A stretch of 64,000 bases of DNA, from NCBI RefSeq assembly GCF_009914755.1, contig NC_060928.1; one strand, given 5' to 3'. Of the stretch, positions 60,023-64,000 are shown one piece after another. The translations under genes were made by a program, and so were the position numbers. How positions within the stretch are numbered: the first letter of the stretch is position 1; the number at the start of each line of letters is the position of its first letter. This DNA is from the human T2T-CHM13v2.0 reference genome, Homo sapiens. The notes below the pieces were generated by a model that had not been told where the DNA came from, did not search any database, and was given only the letters and a program-made list of their open reading frames with translations.

Positions 60023-62359
60023 TAATTGCTTCAATGTATTATAGACCAGCAAAATAATTCTTCCTTATATTGAATTTTGACACGGAAAAAAATATTACCC
60101 TCTCTTAACAAAGGTTATAAAGATAGTAGTATATGAAAGTTTTGAACCATCACTATAATTTAATGGTAATTTTGTATCTGAAAAAAATTATAAAATTAAA
60201 AAAAAACTTAAAGCTAAAAATGAAAAGTTTACTATAATCCAGATAACTCATTCAGAAGCATTATTGCTGGGTATTATTGCATAACAGATGTCATAAAACC
60301 TATATATAACAGAGCCAAAGAATCTCCATAACATTAAGCTCTAATTTCTAATTAAAATACAAAATAACATAATATATATAATAAGAATATGCAGTAAAGA
60401 CATGAATATGACTCAGCTAGGGTTTTGCTTGCCTCCTTGATCCAATAGTCTTGGATCAATGTCAGCTTCAGAATATCTAGCCTTTAAGACTTTGCACCTG
60501 TGTTTCATAATGTTCAAGTTGATAGGGTTTAAGTTACCTTTATACATATATTAATCAAGGGAATTGGAAAGAGAAATGGTGGGTTGCTGAAGAACCTACT
60601 AGAGGCATTCTGAGAGGTGAATTCAGCAAACCATGAATCAGGTGTTACCCCAGGTATCTATCCTGAGGACAGGTCTTTATTTGGTGAACTATTTTATTTA
60701 TTAAACAATTATTATTTATTTCTCTGTATGTTAGCTATGGGAAATTGAGAAATTGAGTCTCTCTCAGAGAACATAATCATAAGGAATTGAAAAAGTATAC
60801 ATTAAGATTGACCTACCGTAAGGATTTGTCATGGAATTACCTGCAGATACCTATGGTTCTTTAAAAGTATGGAGTGAAATGCTATATCAACCAAAAAATC
60901 TTATTATTGCCGCATCCTCAATTTAGAGTTATTTTGGTAAATTCTGGGTTTAGTTTCCTGCCACTTCATTTATAATAAGTAAAATACCATTCCATGTCAA
61001 TAGGTCTTGGTCATTTTTTATTCCTCTCTAGACAATACACTCATGTTTTCTTGCATTATATGGGTGGGTGGAAATAAGAGGGAAAATACATAACAAATAA
61101 TATTCTATAATATTGGGATGAAACCAAATATTATATAATGTATCATGGCTCTACAGAGAAAGAAGACTTTTAGCAAGTGAGGAATTACTACTCTCTGAAA
61201 AGAAAATTAAGAAAAGATAAAATCAACACTGAGGAGATTTTATAAGAAATCTTTTTGAGATATTTTTCCAGTATACAAATTTTGCGAAGCATGAAGTTTT
61301 ACGGACCTGTTCCGTTTGCATTTTAAACCCCCTGAGAAGAAAATCAGAAGCTGTGAAGAAATCAATGTAAAAGAAAAAAAAAATGGGCAAGAGTATTTTT
61401 TCTGGGATGAAAAGTAATAGATGGTAGGGAAAAATGTAGTCCTGTAAATTCATTTCAAATTAGTAACAAACACATCATCATTAAGTAAACACACTAAATT
61501 AGGGATTGATGTATACATAAGACATTATAAAAACTTCTAGTGATTAAATTGGAGATTTGGCATGTAAATTGACTGTAAAATTATAGATTTTTCCACTCCA
61601 TTTTTTTGCTAATACAACCCACAAGTACAAATTTTCGCATCTCTTGCCAATAATAATTTTAGCATATTCTCAAGCTAATTTTATGAACTGATGCTTCAGT
61701 TTGAATCAAATAATACAAAATAAAACAGCCAGTTTGAATCTTTCAAATTTTTTTTACCTGCGTAACCAAAAAAAGATTTTTTCAAAATTATACTATTGTT
61801 ATTCACGTTTACAGTGTTTCTTCAAAGATTCTATATTTCCCCAGATGTGAATTTTGAAAAGGTATGCTTACAAACATACTGTGGTTGGAGGCTGTGAGTA
61901 CAAAACAGGAAGGAAAGAAGAAGGGAGAGAAAAAAGGAAAAAAACTAAACAACAAGGTTGATACCAGGATGAGAATTTGGCCTTCGTCATCCTAGAATCA
62001 CTCCCCAGACAAGGAATTACCTCTGGCCTGAGTATACAAGGAGCATAGATAGAGAAGACAGGACATTCTTACAGAGTCAAAGAAATCTTTTGGCCTCAGG
62101 ATGCAATCTAACACTGCGAAGCATAGGCAATGTGCTATCCTGAGTCCAGCTTTAAGGAATAAGCATTTAGGAATGGTAAGCCCTTCTCCACTTTTCAATG
62201 ACCTTTATAATCCCCTCTCAGCCCAATTCCATTACCATAACAACACATATTCTGAAATAATAGAGGACCCTGTAATTATAGATGAAAAAGGTAAGCCTGT
62301 GGACATAGTATTTTCTCCCAATTAGAACACCTTGATGTGAAAGATTATTAAGCAATCTT

Positions 62360-63260
62360 ATTCATTCATTTATGTAACAAGTACAAACTAAGAGCCACTC
62401 TTCTAGGTGCTCCAGAAACAGGCGGCCTGTATAGGAAAGCTCTTCTTCATGAAACTTATTTAAGTCACTGAGAGTAACAGAGTAATAAAACAGTAGCAAC
62501 AAAATAAGACCATTGCAAATAGTGATAAGGGTTATGAGAAAAATAAAGTGAGAAGATAGTTAGGAAGTGATGAAAAGCCATGTGAGGATTTTACACATCG
62601 CTTAATATCATCTAATTACATAAGACAAAATATTACTCTTGCTGTTACGCAGAGAATAGATGATGGTGTGTAAAAATGAAAGTAGGAACACCAGATGGGA
62701 GGCTGTCTTAGTAGTGACAGGAGAGGCTTGAAGGTGGCTGTCACCTGGGTGTTAGCAGTGGAGGTGAAGAGATTTGCTTGAGCTTGGTAGCTCTTTGAAA
62801 GTAAGGATTGTGGGACATACTGATAGATTGCAGATGAAGGAAAGAGAGGACGGGTCTGTGTGTAACTAAAGACATGTTTATAAAAATATAAATAAAATAA
62901 ATATCAATGCTGTTAACTGAAATAGAGGTGCTATGGCAAGAATAGTTTTGACAGTGTGATCAAAAGTTCTACTTTGGCTATGTTAATTAAAAGATAATAC
63001 ATTGGTTGGTATTAAGTATATAAGTCAAACACCCAGGAAGGAGCTCATATGTGATATTCAGAGCCATAGCCTGAATGAGATTATTCTGCAGAGAGGGCAG
63101 AGCAGGGCAAACATCTGAGTCCTACGCATTGTTGTATTTAGAGGCCTGGGAGAGAAATTTCCATAAAGAGACTGAGAAGAAGCAGCCACTCAAGGTCTTT
63201 TAAAAGCCAACTGAAGATAAAGTTTCTGAGAGAAGAAAATTATCAACCATGTCATGTCCT
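62360..63260 (-). mobile_element. L2 fragments
   Basis: attcattcatttatgtaacaag 3' tail plus purine-rich L2 body motifs. Boundaries approximate. Confidence 0.6.
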
Positions 63261-63965
63261 ACTCCAGAGAGAAGTGAAAAAAGCCCACAAAATAACTTGT
63301 GATATACACAACACCATCCATTAATGCTAGAAATGTACCCCCATGGATCTAGGTACTCCCAATTCTTTGTGCCATGAAAATAATGTAGATATATTGGTTT
63401 CTCGTGAAACTCAGTACCAATAGGTATTATTTATAGAGCAAATGCCTGGGAAGATAAAGAATTATAATTCTGATTCATTATGTACCCCAAATATATAAAG
63501 CCACAAAATATCTAAAAACAGATGGGAATGCAGACTGATTGAGACAATGCAAAGTGTTAATGAGTGGAGAGGAAAAAGAGCTATCCAGATAAAACGTAGA
63601 ACAGGTCTATGTAAAATTTCAATTGACTGCTTTTTTGCTCATTTTCCAATGTAGTGAACCTCAGTTTCATTTGCTGTATACCTTTTCCCTATTTTAAGCA
63701 TCTCCAGAGTTTGTATCAGATAAATAAGACTGAGTTAAGATGCACAGATATTGGGAAAGGTATGACTAGAAGCTATAGGACAAATTATGAACAAGTTCAT
63801 GTGAAATACAAAGGACAGAATAGCAGATGCATCAAAAAAAAGTAACAGATTAGGCAAAGAACTCAAAAACTCAAAAAGTGGGAGAACACCAGCATTAAGA
63901 GGCAGATGATAAAAAGCAAACAAGGCTTGAAAGCTGAAGTAGTTGGCTGCATTATCTCCAGACGC

Positions 63966-64000
63966 TTTTTGTTTTTTTGTTTTTGTTTTTTTTTGAAACA
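63966..64000 (-). mobile_element. Probable Alu tail at the window edge
   Basis: (TTTTG)n/poly-T followed by gaaaca; the body lies outside the window. Confidence 0.5.

Noticed and set aside
60437-60459. Hairpin ttgatccaa-tagtc-ttggatcaa
   Set aside because: A 9-bp stem is expected by chance in 64 kb of AT-rich DNA.
62101-62325. ORF ending GKPVDIVFSPN, faintly like an RNA polymerase beta motif
   Set aside because: The match is too short and the rest of the ORF shows no similarity; a LINE RT fossil or chance is more likely.

Overview
Human genomic DNA, identified as human by AluYa5, AluYb8 and L1HS-Ta insertions. It lies wholly inside BANK1 (B-cell scaffold protein with ankyrin repeats 1), transcribed on the + strand. 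Four internal coding exons (155, 139, 140 and 106 nt; exons 3-6 by the usual numbering) splice in frame and encode the linker, the DBB domain and the run-up to the ankyrin repeats. The rest is intron, dense in L1, Alu, L2, MIR, LTR and DNA-transposon fossils, and the longer ORFs in the track that I could assign are repeat-derived. I found no new multi-gene system. The most notable observations are: (1) an ancient templated insertion that joins copies of both flanks of exon 6 in reversed order; (2) a MADE1 whose right arm is replaced by sequence copied from 1.8 kb upstream; (3) a ~1 kb TSD-flanked L1PB made of only its 5' UTR and 3' end; (4) three young, possibly polymorphic retroelements; (5) an apparent Ser303Arg codon relative to my recollection of the reference protein; (6) a candidate in-frame 69-nt cassette exon; (7) an exon 4-5 module bracketed by inverted Alus whose circle would have no stop codon. 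Repeat subfamily calls are from memory of consensus sequences, not from a search.
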